Shown: positions 7,970 through 20,258, counted from the stretch's first letter. The stretch: DNA of 32,000 nucleotides from Ruminococcus albus 7 = DSM 20455 (GCF_000179635.2 NC_014833.1:2850001-2882000); one strand, 5' to 3'. The notes: generated from the letters alone by a model not told the origin. Numbers and translations are program-made.

Positions 7970-8084
7970 TGATTCCTTCAACTGATCATTCTATTATTCA
8001 TACAATCAACCTTCCTTAAATTATACACTACACCGAGAACATCCCATGTGGCAATACCACACGGGATGTTCTTGCTTATATATA
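6725..8084 (+). repeat. Copy 2 of the 1.35-kb near-identical direct repeat
   Basis: See copy 1. This copy carries an extra CAGAACCCT unit (about 7192..7209), adding QNP to the inter-CBM linker. Confidence 0.95.
8035..8084 (+). terminator. Rho-independent terminator of the CE12 gene (placed between convergent CE12 and cysE)
   Basis: Sequence identical to the PL11 terminator hairpin. The cysE stop lies 15 nt further on, on the opposite strand. Confidence 0.7.
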
Positions 8085-8098
8085 CTGAAAAAACTGTA

Positions 8099-9043
8099 TC
8101 ATATCATATAGAACCAGGATGTGTCCTCCTCGAAATCCACTCTCTCCACAGGAGGGAAAGCATCGTAATTATACCTGAGTTCCTGACTCTTCACACTGAC
8201 TTTCGCTCCATCCGGAACAGACCGCGTTATGAATGCGTTACCGCCTATAACTACGTCCTTACCTATGACAGTATCTCCGCCCAGTATAGAAGCTCCCGAA
8301 TATATTGTCACATTGTCCTCGATAGTAGGATGACGTTTTCTGCTTTTAAGCGACTGTCCTCCTCTTGTGGACAAAGCACCTAAAGTCACACCCTGATATA
8401 TCTTTACGTTATTGCCTATGACGGTAGTTTCACCGATCACTATACCTGTACCGTGATCTATGAAAAAATATTTACCTATCGTAGCACCCGGGTGAATATC
8501 TATACCTGTTTCATTATGGGCATACTCAGTCATCATACGAGGTATTATCGGAACATTCAGCAAAAAGAGCTCATGGGCTATCCTGTTTATAAGTATTGCA
8601 AAAAGCCCCGGATATGAGTATATTATCTCATCCTCGCTGTAAGCAGCAGGATCACCGTCATAAGCCGCCTGAACATCTGTAAGTATATACTCCCTTATCT
8701 TGCGCAGACGCTTTATGAATTCAAGGGATATCGCTCTCGCCTTTGCCAGTATCTCATCGTTGTTTTCGCCTTCATTACCAAGTACGATCGTTATCTGTTT
8801 TGTCAGCTTGAAGATCACATCCTCCAAAAGCATTGAAAGATTACTTTTAAGTGTATATACCTTGATATCCCTGTTTCTGAAATAACCGGGAAATATTATT
8901 TTTCTCAGGCTGCTGAGTATATTTATTATAGCCTCTTTATCAGGGTGGTTGAATATCTTAAACTCCTCAGCACCATTATCATTATCGTAATCAGCAAGCA
9001 GATCATTGACAATACCATTAACGGTCTCTTCAATATTACTCAT
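8099..9043 (-). CDS. cysE: Serine O-acetyltransferase (long form)
   Basis: The 314-aa ORF has the left-handed beta-helix hexapeptide region DIHPGATIGKYFFIDHGTGIVIGETTVIGNNVKIYQGVTLG...IEDNVTIYSGASILG and an N-terminal helical SATase-type domain. SD AAGGAG is present. Confidence 0.9.
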   Translation of the reverse strand: MSNIEETVNGIVNDLLADYDNDNGAEEFKIFNHPDKEAIINILSSLRKIIFPGYFRNRDIKVYTLKSNLSMLLEDVIFKLTKQITIVLGNEGENNDEILAKARAISLEFIKRLRKIREYILTDVQAAYDGDPAAYSEDEIIYSYPGLFAILINRIAHELFLLNVPIIPRMMTEYAHNETGIDIHPGATIGKYFFIDHGTGIVIGETTVIGNNVKIYQGVTLGALSTRGGQSLKSRKRHPTIEDNVTIYSGASILGGDTVIGKDVVIGGNAFITRSVPDGAKVSVKSQELRYNYDAFPPVERVDFEEDTSWFYMI

Positions 9044-9097
9044 ATAGATATAACTCCTTTTTTCATATCATTTCGATTGGAATAATCATTTTAATAT

Positions 9098-9126
9098 AGT
9101 ATACCATAATAGTATTATAATGTCAA
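9098..9126 (-). promoter_or_regulatory. Sigma-A type promoter of cysE
   Basis: The minus strand reads TTGACA (9126..9121), a 17-nt spacer ending in TGg, then TATACT (9103..9098). The leader is only about 50 nt. Confidence 0.55.
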
Positions 9127-9366
9127 CATTACTGTCACCGACTTTTGGAAAAATCGCTGTCTGTGATCATGATACGCAAAAAGACAGCAAAGTGGAACTT
9201 AACTTTTCGGGGCGGTATGATAAGAAAGATACTCATATAGAAGTTTTAGCCATAGTATTTCTGATTTACAGTCAGAAGTACTATGGCGTTTTTATTGACA
9301 ATGCAGCAATGTTATGCTATAATTGTTACGAATATAAACCGTAATTTAGAGGAGAATTGAAAATAT

Positions 9367-9714
9367 ATGAACAGCATTGTTTTAGAACATATTAATGACT
9401 TGTTTGATTCATATGATTTATTTAGCAGCACAGGCAAAAAGAGGATACGCAGTTCAATTATAACAAGATTTCCCGATATATCAGATAAAGAGATCAAAGA
9501 AGCAGAGGAGTATTTGCATTCCTTTTATGAGTGTTGTTTGAAATATGCAGATATAATAGCCTCTAAATATAAAACACCATTCTTACCTAAAGGAGAAGAT
9601 GCACAAAAGGAAATCTCGGAATATGAGAGTGAATGCAGGAAACAATATCCCGAAATTGATGCAGAGAAAATTAAAAGTGTTTTTTCTATCGTTTGTTGGT
9701 TAGCTAACAGATAA
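9367..9714 (+). CDS. Hypothetical protein (115 aa, AT-rich gene)
   Basis: This is the only sizeable ORF in the interval. GAGGAG lies upstream but 12 nt from the ATG. I recognise no family. Confidence 0.45.
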   Translation: MNSIVLEHINDLFDSYDLFSSTGKKRIRSSIITRFPDISDKEIKEAEEYLHSFYECCLKYADIIASKYKTPFLPKGEDAQKEISEYESECRKQYPEIDAEKIKSVFSIVCWLANR

Positions 9715-9761
9715 CTGAGTTATAAATTCTGGTTTATCTTAGCAACCGTATAAAATAGAAT

Positions 9762-9789
9762 GCCCCTAAGCGCTTAAACGCTTGGGGGC
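9762..9789. terminator. GC-rich hairpin, possible terminator
   Basis: GCCCCTAAGCG / CGCTTGGGGGC with loop CTTAAA. The plus side is followed by AAAACTTC (weak), while the minus side would be followed by a T-rich run, so the direction is ambiguous. Confidence 0.35.
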
Positions 9790-9969
9790 AAAACTTCTAT
9801 ATGGGTATCCGTCTTATGCTCCGCAGCTTTTTTATTTTCTCCATAACAACACTTCACGTACAAAGCTTCACGCAAAAAATAAAATCGTCATATTTGCTAA
9901 AACCCAAATATTGTCACTAATAGTATTTCACAAAATTATCGGCTGAAATTATTAAAACATCTAAAGTAC

Positions 9970-9998
9970 TTGATAAAAATAAATGAATATGATATAAT
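9970..9998 (+). promoter_or_regulatory. Sigma-A type promoter of the 604-aa surface protein gene
   Basis: TTGATA (9970..9975), a 17-nt spacer ending in TGa, then TATAAT (9993..9998). Confidence 0.5.
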
Positions 9999-10086
9999 AA
10001 TTAACGTTAATGTACATCATGAAACTTTTTCTTAGGATAACAAAGTATATCCCACGAAAAAATCTATTTTTGAGGAGGAAAGAAAA

Positions 10087-11901
10087 ATGATAGTTCACAA
10101 AACATTGAAACGCTTAGCTGCCGCATCGCTGGCAATTACTCTTGTTGGTGGTGCAGTACCAGCAAACATAGGGGCATTTGACCTGTCACGCAGTACTTCT
10201 GTTGTAGCAAGTGCCGAATCGGAGATCAGCATTTCAAATGCAACCGTAACAATGAAAGCGCACTCAGCCAAAGTTCAGTCCGTAGAACTTAACGGCACAA
10301 AATTACAGAAAGACATTGATTACACCGTTTCTTATTCCCAGACGGATTCCGACGGAAAAATCACTGAATTTTCTGCGCCCCCGAAACAAACAGGCAACTA
10401 TAATGCTGTTATCACGGGTATAGGTGACTATCAGGGTGTTATAACAAGATCGTTTGATATCGTCGGAAGCGGTTATGAGGGTATTTCCATAATTGATGGC
10501 AGTCAGGGCTCTGATACACCTTCAAATGAACACCTATTTCTTATATTTGATAAAAATCGAAACACCAAAATGTGCAGCAAAGTTAACCGCGCGGGCATTT
10601 ATGCCAATAGAGACAGTGACTGGCTGCTGTTTGAGGCTGATACTCCTTTTGCTATCCATAACTATGTTCTGACTACCGCAAATGATACTTCACACTACAC
10701 GGGCAGAAACTGGAAAAGCTGGCGTATCTACGGAAGCAACAGCGAAGCGGCAGCAGATTATACAGCCTCCTATACCGAACATAAAGTTACAGACATAGAT
10801 GAAGATATCTGGTCACTTGTACAGCAGGTAACAGACGATACTGTTTTACAGCCTGTGAATTATACGGAATTTGCCTATGCTGTTCCTCATAACAAAAACA
10901 AGTATAAATATTATCTGCTTATTCTTGATGATATCGTAGATACCTCCAATAATATCCAGCAGATGTCCGAAATTGAGTTCAATGCCGCTCTGCCTGTCTC
11001 CGTTACCCATGTTGATGCAGTACCTGCCGACTGCCTTAACGCAGGCAATATCGAACACTGGTACGACGAGTACAACGATAAGTATTATCTCGATGAAGAC
11101 GCACAAAACGAGGTAGACGAGGAAGACGTCATTATCCCCGCGTCAGGTCACAGCTACGGCAGACCCGAATGGAATTATGACGCTAAAAACCAAACCGTAA
11201 CGGCAACTTTCAAGTGTGAGAACTGCGAAGATGTACAGACTGTTGATGCGACCATCACTTCAAAGACTACCAGCCCGACATACGTAAAAGAAGGTAAGAT
11301 AGTTTATACCGCTTCAGTAAAACTTAACGGTCAGACCTACACCACAAACAAGACAGTGATCATAGACAAGCTCACCTACACTCCTCCTACGATCACCAGC
11401 TTAAAGGGCTATGGCGCTGTAAAACTCCAGTGGACTGATGTAAAGGGAGCTGAAAAGTACGCAGTTGCAGGTTTTATAAGCGGCAAATGGAGAATATTAG
11501 ATCAGGGTGAGGGTACTTCATACGTGCTTAAAAACCTCCTGGCTGGCAAGGAATACAAGGTATGTGTAGCAACAAAACTGAACGGCGAATGGTTCACCGA
11601 CCCATCCAATGCTATCGTAGTTACACCGAAACTCAAGCCTGTAAAGGACAACCCCGCTGTTACATTTGAAAAGGGCAAGAACACTGTCAAGCTCAGCTGG
11701 GATGCTGTTGAAGGTGCTGAAAAATATGCAGTTGCAGGATATATAAACGGCAGATGGAAGATACTTGCTGAGGGTGTCGGCAATTCATATGTGCTCAAAG
11801 ACCTCAAAGCCGGCTATCAGTACAAGGTGGCTGTATCCGCGATGTTCAACGGAAAATGGAACACAGATCTCAACAATGCGATAACTGTGACCCCGAAATA
11901 A
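10087..11901 (+). CDS. Secreted multidomain surface protein: Ig-like region, discoidin (F5/8 type C)-like domain, Cys-containing GHSYG..W repeat region, two Fn3-like modules
   Basis: The signal peptide ends ..VVASAES. The discoidin-like signature is WLLFEADTPFAIHNYVLTTANDTSHYTGRNWKSWRIYGSNS. Two C-terminal modules (about 11380..11631 and 11647..11898) share L.W..V.GAEKYAVAG...GKW....G..YKV.V with the C-termini of the PL11 and CE12 proteins. GGAGG lies 8 nt before the ATG. Confidence 0.75.
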   Translation: MIVHKTLKRLAAASLAITLVGGAVPANIGAFDLSRSTSVVASAESEISISNATVTMKAHSAKVQSVELNGTKLQKDIDYTVSYSQTDSDGKITEFSAPPKQTGNYNAVITGIGDYQGVITRSFDIVGSGYEGISIIDGSQGSDTPSNEHLFLIFDKNRNTKMCSKVNRAGIYANRDSDWLLFEADTPFAIHNYVLTTANDTSHYTGRNWKSWRIYGSNSEAAADYTASYTEHKVTDIDEDIWSLVQQVTDDTVLQPVNYTEFAYAVPHNKNKYKYYLLILDDIVDTSNNIQQMSEIEFNAALPVSVTHVDAVPADCLNAGNIEHWYDEYNDKYYLDEDAQNEVDEEDVIIPASGHSYGRPEWNYDAKNQTVTATFKCENCEDVQTVDATITSKTTSPTYVKEGKIVYTASVKLNGQTYTTNKTVIIDKLTYTPPTITSLKGYGAVKLQWTDVKGAEKYAVAGFISGKWRILDQGEGTSYVLKNLLAGKEYKVCVATKLNGEWFTDPSNAIVVTPKLKPVKDNPAVTFEKGKNTVKLSWDAVEGAEKYAVAGYINGRWKILAEGVGNSYVLKDLKAGYQYKVAVSAMFNGKWNTDLNNAITVTPK

Positions 11902-12047
11902 ATAACCTGTCCCTAGTTCAGTACACAGGACAATTAGGGTAATATAAGCTTTAAACGGATAACAGTCCATGCTCCAACTAAAGGAGTTACGGTCGTGATA
12001 TACCGATCTCGGCTGATCATCAATTACCCGAATATAACGAAACATAC

Positions 12048-12085
12048 AAGCGGCAGGGACAACAGTCCTTTGCCGCTTTATTTAT
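12048..12085 (+). terminator. Rho-independent terminator
   Basis: AAGCGGCAGGGAC / GTCCTTTGCCGCTT with loop AACA and one bulge, followed by TATTTAT. It lies about 150 nt after the stop of the 604-aa gene. Confidence 0.6.
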
Positions 12086-12133
12086 CGAAATGCTGATTTG
12101 TTGGATCAATGTTTGCTTTATGTTGATAGGTAA

Positions 12134-12162
12134 TTGACGTATCGGTGAAGATGCTGTATAAT
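12134..12162 (+). promoter_or_regulatory. Sigma-A type promoter of the 374-aa gene
   Basis: TTGACG (12134..12139), a 17-nt spacer, then TATAAT (12157..12162). Confidence 0.5.
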
Positions 12163-12294
12163 AAATAATAAGGACAAGTAATATGCTTACTCTTGAAATC
12201 GGCGATGACCATGCTCTTTAGGAGCATCGGATCCATTTATAAGAAATAACATAATTACAGGAAATCTGACAGCTTTTGAAAAAAGGAGAAATCA

Positions 12295-13419
12295 ATGGAT
12301 TATAAGGTTTTAGATGATTTTGAAAAATTGAGTGATGTAAGCCCTGAGACTATAAAAAAATATGAGGATAAACTGCCTTCCGAGTGGATCGAGTTTTGGA
12401 AAGAATATGGATACGGTTCGTTTATGAACGGATATTTCAGGGTGATCGATCCTGATGTTTACAAGGATTTTTATAAAGAAAGCACTTTGAGATTATACAA
12501 ACAGGAACCTGTTCCTGTTATAGTTACTGCTTTTGGAGATATTATTGCTTTTATAACTACTTTTAAAGATGGTAAGTTGAAATGGAGTCTGGAGTGTGCG
12601 TATTACAGATATATGCGTAACATTTTTTTCCTGCCGTCGGTAGATCATTTCTTTAAAGGTCTATGCAGTCTCGAGGCTTATGGTAATGAAGAACAATATA
12701 CGTTCATAAAGTACTCCGAGGCAGTAGACAAACTCGGGGAACCAGAATACGATCAGTGTTTCGGATATGATCCGATATTGACAAAGCGGAGCAAAGAAAA
12801 AATGAGTGATCTTCGTATCGTAGATACAAAGGATTACTTAAAGGCAGTGTTTGAACAGAATGGACGTATCGAAGATCTTATGCCCGACGGAAAAACTATA
12901 GATGTTTCATATGCTGCAAAAAAAGAAAAGAAACCCAAGAGAGTCATCGTTGACAACCCTTATGAGTTAAAGCCGATCAATGAGCCTGCACTTAGATTTG
13001 ATAATTTCAATTTCAAATTATGTATCATACAGGTGCTTATGTATGAAAAGGAGCTTCTGAAACCTAAATTCGATATATATGAGTTTGCCAAATGCTATCC
13101 GCCCCGTGAGATAAATATTGATGATGAAGGCTATGATCCGATCAAACCTGCCATCGAGTATTTTAAGAAACTAGAGATCCCGTCATCTCTTGCCCACGAG
13201 ATCGAAGAGATCATTATGGATGGCGGCGATGATATCTACGGTCAGATCTATCCGTTCTGGGACGGCGAAGATGATTATTTTGACCTGAAAAGAGTTTCAG
13301 ATGCAGAGCTTTCTCAATTTCCGAATCTAAAGCTCATACAATTGATAAACAGCCCTGAAAATCTAAGCAAAACGCTGATAAGCAGGCTAAAGAAACATGG
13401 GATCGAAATAAAGGAATAA
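12295..13419 (+). CDS. Hypothetical protein; the N-terminal half resembles GAD-like/DUF1851 (Tdi1-type immunity) proteins
   Basis: 374-aa ORF with SD AAGGAG. The N-terminal segment LPSEWIEFWKEYGYGSFMNGYFRVIDPDVYKDF....VPVIVTAFGDIIAF recalls GAD-like plus DUF1851 immunity-type proteins. The C-terminal half (..DIYGQIYPFWDGEDDYFDLK..FPNLKLIQL) recalls another immunity-associated family. Both assignments are from memory only. Confidence 0.6.
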   Translation: MDYKVLDDFEKLSDVSPETIKKYEDKLPSEWIEFWKEYGYGSFMNGYFRVIDPDVYKDFYKESTLRLYKQEPVPVIVTAFGDIIAFITTFKDGKLKWSLECAYYRYMRNIFFLPSVDHFFKGLCSLEAYGNEEQYTFIKYSEAVDKLGEPEYDQCFGYDPILTKRSKEKMSDLRIVDTKDYLKAVFEQNGRIEDLMPDGKTIDVSYAAKKEKKPKRVIVDNPYELKPINEPALRFDNFNFKLCIIQVLMYEKELLKPKFDIYEFAKCYPPREINIDDEGYDPIKPAIEYFKKLEIPSSLAHEIEEIIMDGGDDIYGQIYPFWDGEDDYFDLKRVSDAELSQFPNLKLIQLINSPENLSKTLISRLKKHGIEIKE

Positions 13420-13620
13420 TATACAGAATGAATATGATATACCTCCTGCGCTTAGACTTGATTAAGCGGATTCCCTCTATTGCAGGACGTCCGTTCTTTT
13501 ATAATTCACCCCTTTTGTTTAGCAATTATTAGGAGAGTTAACCGTTACTGCAAAGACCACTTTATCTTTATTGACAAGCTAGAACACATATTCAAATCAA
13601 AAAGCCAACCAAATAAACCA

Positions 13621-13670
13621 TACAAAACAAAAAAGCTCTGAAACAACGTATTCTCGTTATTTCAGAGCTT
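13621..13670 (-). terminator. Rho-independent terminator ending the rRNA operon
   Basis: On the minus strand, AAGCTCTGAAA (13670..13660) pairs with TTTCAGAGCTT (13643..13633) and is followed by TTTTTGTTTTG. Confidence 0.85.
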
Positions 13671-13679
13671 ATAACTAAG

Positions 13680-13752
13680 CGCCACCTGTTGGACTCGAAC
13701 CAACGACCCTGCGGTTAACAGCCGCATGCTCTACCGACTGAGCTAAGGAGGC
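13680..13752 (-). tRNA. tRNA-Asn (anticodon GTT)
   Basis: Hand-folded cloverleaf GCCTCCT-TA-GCTC..GAGC-A-TGCGG-CTGTTAA-CCGCA-GGGTC-GTTGG-TTCGAGT-CCAAC-AGGTGGC-G. There is one U-U mismatch in the acceptor stem and no encoded CCA. Confidence 0.9.
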
Positions 13753-13789
13753 AGATACGCCAAAACACTCCGAAGAGTGTTTTGGGAGA

Positions 13790-13905
13790 GCCGGCGACAA
13801 CTTATTTTCCCGGGCGGTCGCCCGCCGAGTATTTTCAGCGAAGATGAGCTTAACTTCTGTGTTCGGCATGGGAACAGGTGTGACCTCATCTCAATGATCA
13901 CCGAC
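13790..13905 (-). rRNA. rrf: 5S ribosomal RNA
   Basis: It contains the conserved GGTCACACCTGTTCCCATGCCGAACACAGAAGTTAAGC. Helix I closes as GTCGGTGA / TCGCCGGC. The ends are good to a few nt. Confidence 0.9.
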
Positions 13906-13921
13906 TATAAATTAGAGGTAA

Positions 13922-13945
13922 CAGTAACCTCAAAATTGAATAATG
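13922..13945 (-). other. 23S processing-stem half (trailer)
   Basis: The 24-nt segment is complementary to 16907..16930 with one G-U and one mismatch. This is the expected RNase III-type stem bracketing 23S. Confidence 0.7.
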
Positions 13946-13972
13946 AAGGGTAATTTAAGGATTAACATAATT

Positions 13973-16819
<2,847 letters not shown>

Positions 16820-16906
16820 GTTATCCTTAATGTTATGCTGATTGTAGTTTTCCCGACTAATTTCTTTTAGTCGTTTTCCTCATTTGCATTACTTTTAATA
16901 TTGCTT

Positions 16907-16930
16907 CATTATTCAATTTTCAAGTTACTG
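16907..16930 (-). other. 23S processing-stem half (leader)
   Basis: Complementary to 13922..13945. Confidence 0.7.
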
Positions 16931-16951
16931 TCAGAGGACTTTTGTCCTCAG

Positions 16952-17025
<74 letters not shown>

Positions 17026-17104
17026 AAAAATCGCTAAAGCGATGTTTTGGCAACGAGTTTTAGTTCTCGTCTCAGTTCAGCTGTGTGATTGCGTCCTCGT
17101 CCCA

Positions 17105-17180
17105 TGGTGGAGATGAGGAGGATCGAACTCCTGACCCCCTGCTTGCAAAGCAGGTGCTCTCCCAGCTGAGCTACACCCCC
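17105..17180 (-). tRNA. tRNA-Ala (anticodon TGC), CCA encoded
   Basis: GGGGGTG-TA-GCTC-AGCTGGGA-GAGC-A-CCTGC-TTTGCAA-GCAGG-GGGTC-AGGAG-TTCGATC-CTCCT-CATCTCC-A-CCA. The G3:U70 Ala identity pair is present. Confidence 0.95.
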
Positions 17181-17224
17181 GTTTAAGGGACTCTTATGCT
17201 CTTTTAAAGATACCTTGCGGCATC

Positions 17225-17241
17225 CTCAAAATTGAACAACC
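17225..17241 (-). other. 16S processing-stem half (trailer)
   Basis: Complementary to 18973..18990, with a 14-nt perfect core AAAATTGAACAACC / GGTTGTTCAATTTT. Confidence 0.65.
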
Positions 17242-17303
17242 AGCTGTTTCCACCACTTGCTGACCGGAGATTTTTTTGAAGTTTTTTAAACTTCGGTTCT
17301 CCA

Positions 17304-18818
<1,515 letters not shown>

Positions 18819-18972
18819 TTGTATCCTAATACTCTTCTCAGAGTAATTATGATCTCAGTTTCGTTTCACTGAACGTTTGTACATTTTCTTAGTCTTGTAC
18901 TTGACTTCGATGAATTCATTCATCGTTAATACCTCAATCACTCAAAGTATTTTCAAGGGTTTTCGTATTCTT

Positions 18973-18990
18973 GGTTGTTCAATTTTCAAG
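18973..18990 (-). other. 16S processing-stem half (leader)
   Basis: Complementary to 17225..17241. Confidence 0.65.
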
Positions 18991-19030
18991 ATGCCTTTTC
19001 GTTGTCTGTCTTTTGTCAGACAACTCATTT

Positions 19031-19059
19031 ATTATACCACACTTTTCTTCATTTGTCAA
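19031..19059 (-). promoter_or_regulatory. rRNA operon promoter, proximal (P1 of 4)
   Basis: The minus strand reads TTGACA-aatgaagaaaagtgtgg-TATAAT, with an exact 17-nt spacer and a TGn extended -10. An A-rich UP-like tract lies upstream. Confidence 0.7.
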
Positions 19060-19131
19060 CCCCTTTTCAGAAGTTTTTTGAAGATTTTTTCATCTCTTTT
19101 TCAGAGATTTTTGTGTGTTATAAGCTTTTCT

Positions 19132-19160
19132 ATTATACCACATTTTTCTTCGTTTGTCAA
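19132..19160 (-). promoter_or_regulatory. rRNA operon promoter P2
   Basis: The minus strand reads TTGACA-aacgaagaaaaatgtgg-TATAAT, with a 17-nt spacer and TGn. Confidence 0.7.
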
Positions 19161-19238
19161 GTCTTTTTCAGAACTTTTTTGAAGCTTTTTTCTGAGCAGT
19201 TCTTTTTTACTGAACTTTTCTCTCGTGCGGTACTTTTT

Positions 19239-19267
19239 AGTATATCACATTTTCTCGCTTTTGTCAA
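19239..19267 (-). promoter_or_regulatory. rRNA operon promoter P3
   Basis: The minus strand reads TTGACA-aaagcgagaaaatgtga-TATACT, with a 17-nt spacer and TGn. Confidence 0.65.
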
Positions 19268-19400
19268 GACCTTTTGTGATATTTTTTTCTGCCTTTTTCG
19301 AGTTCGCTTTTTCTGAACTTCTACCCCACTCGTTCTCTTATCCCTAAGTTTCCTGCGGTTTTTCGCTCTTTTCGCTCGCTCTCTCGTTGACAGCTTAATT

Positions 19401-19429
19401 ATTATAGCATCATTTTCACGTTTTGTCAA
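19401..19429 (-). promoter_or_regulatory. rRNA operon promoter, distal (P4)
   Basis: The minus strand reads TTGACA-aaacgtgaaaatgatgc-TATAAT, with a 17-nt spacer and TGn. Confidence 0.65.
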
Positions 19430-19534
19430 GTAAAATCATTTTCCACTATTTGTCGAATTTATGTGTATTTTGACGATGAATAATTTTATACTCTTTGTAA
19501 ATAATATCCCTATAATTGATTCAGGAGGTCTACT

Positions 19535-20212
19535 ATGAGATCAGACATTAAATATATATCTAAATTCCTCGCTCTTATAATCTCCCTGTTATTGCTTGCC
19601 GCTATTATAGGCAGAATTGTTCCCCATGAACAACAAACCGTTTCCTCCATCGGATCTTACGGAAATGAAGTAAGAGCAATTCAGGAGAAATTAAAGGAAC
19701 GTGGGCTTTTCAAGGCTAACGTAACAGGTTATTACGGCGAGATTACGCGAAATGCAGTCAAAGCCTTCCAGAAACAGCAAGGCATCACCCAAACAGGTAC
19801 AGCAGGCCCTATAACGCTTAAAGCCCTTGGTATATCAATAGGTACTGTACCTGCTGCAACCGAAGCTAATATAGATCTTCTTGCACGTATCATATCCGCC
19901 GAAGCACGAGGTGAACCTTATGTTGGTCAAGTAGCTGTAGGTGCCGTTATACTCAATCGTATCGAACACCCGTCCTTTCCCGATACTCTTGCAGGTGTCA
20001 TCTATCAGAACGGCGCCTTTACCGCTGTAACCGATGGTCAGTTTAACCAGCCCGTTTCTCCCTCCGCCTATAATGCCGCCCGCGATGCACTCAACGGCTG
20101 GGACCCCACAAACGGCTGCATTTACTACTACAATCCCAATAAGACCTCCAACAAATTTATATGGTCAAGGCAGGTCGTGACCGTCATAGGCGCTCACCGG
20201 TTCTGTATATGA
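19535..20212 (+). CDS. sleB: Cell wall hydrolase of the SleB family (spore cortex-lytic enzyme-like) with a PG_binding_1 domain
   Basis: The ORF has an N-terminal TM/signal segment and a peptidoglycan-binding repeat (GNEVRAIQEKLKERGLF...GYYGEITRNAVKAFQKQQGITQTGTAGPITLKAL). It also carries a Hydrolase_2 block (LARIISAEARGEPYVGQVAVGAVILNRIEHPSFPDTLAGVIYQNGAFTAV). GGAGG precedes the ATG. Confidence 0.85.
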   Translation: MRSDIKYISKFLALIISLLLLAAIIGRIVPHEQQTVSSIGSYGNEVRAIQEKLKERGLFKANVTGYYGEITRNAVKAFQKQQGITQTGTAGPITLKALGISIGTVPAATEANIDLLARIISAEARGEPYVGQVAVGAVILNRIEHPSFPDTLAGVIYQNGAFTAVTDGQFNQPVSPSAYNAARDALNGWDPTNGCIYYYNPNKTSNKFIWSRQVVTVIGAHRFCI

Positions 20213-20221
20213 TAAAATAAT

Positions 20222-20258
20222 ACGGCGTTCCCATTTTGTGAGAACGCCGTTATTTTTT
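20222..20258. terminator. Bidirectional rho-independent terminator between convergent sleB and ychF
   Basis: ACGGCGTTC / GAACGCCGT with an 11-nt loop. It is flanked by AAAATAAT on one side and TATTTTTT on the other; the T-tract overlaps the ychF stop codon. Confidence 0.8.

Noticed and set aside
8048-8383. 111-aa plus-strand ORF
   Set aside because: It spans the CE12 terminator and runs antisense into cysE. It has no SD.
9044-9366. Possible T-box or S-box leader upstream of cysE, and a hairpin GCTGTCT..AGACAGC at about 9155..9190
   Set aside because: A consensus promoter sits only about 50 nt from the cysE ATG. I could not find the T-box motif (GGTGGTACCGCG-like) or an S-box core on either strand. 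The hairpin lies upstream of that promoter.
11906-11939. Interleaved helices CCTGT/ACAGG and CCCTA/TAGGG (H-type pseudoknot-like, vaguely preQ1-I-like), followed by an SD-led 33-codon GTG ORF
   Set aside because: The stems are only 5 bp and there is no A-rich tail or conserved preQ1 core that I can recognise. The context is wrong: it lies downstream of a surface-protein gene and upstream of a terminator. Chance complementarity is likely.
18877-19429. Three overlapping ORFs (101, 113 and 90 aa) in the region upstream of 16S, including a very basic Lys/Arg-rich 90-aa minus-strand ORF
   Set aside because: The region is a T/A-rich tandem promoter and UP-element array. The 90-aa ORF starts with the TTG of the distal -35 hexamer TTGACA. 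None of the ORFs has an SD, and all have low-complexity composition.
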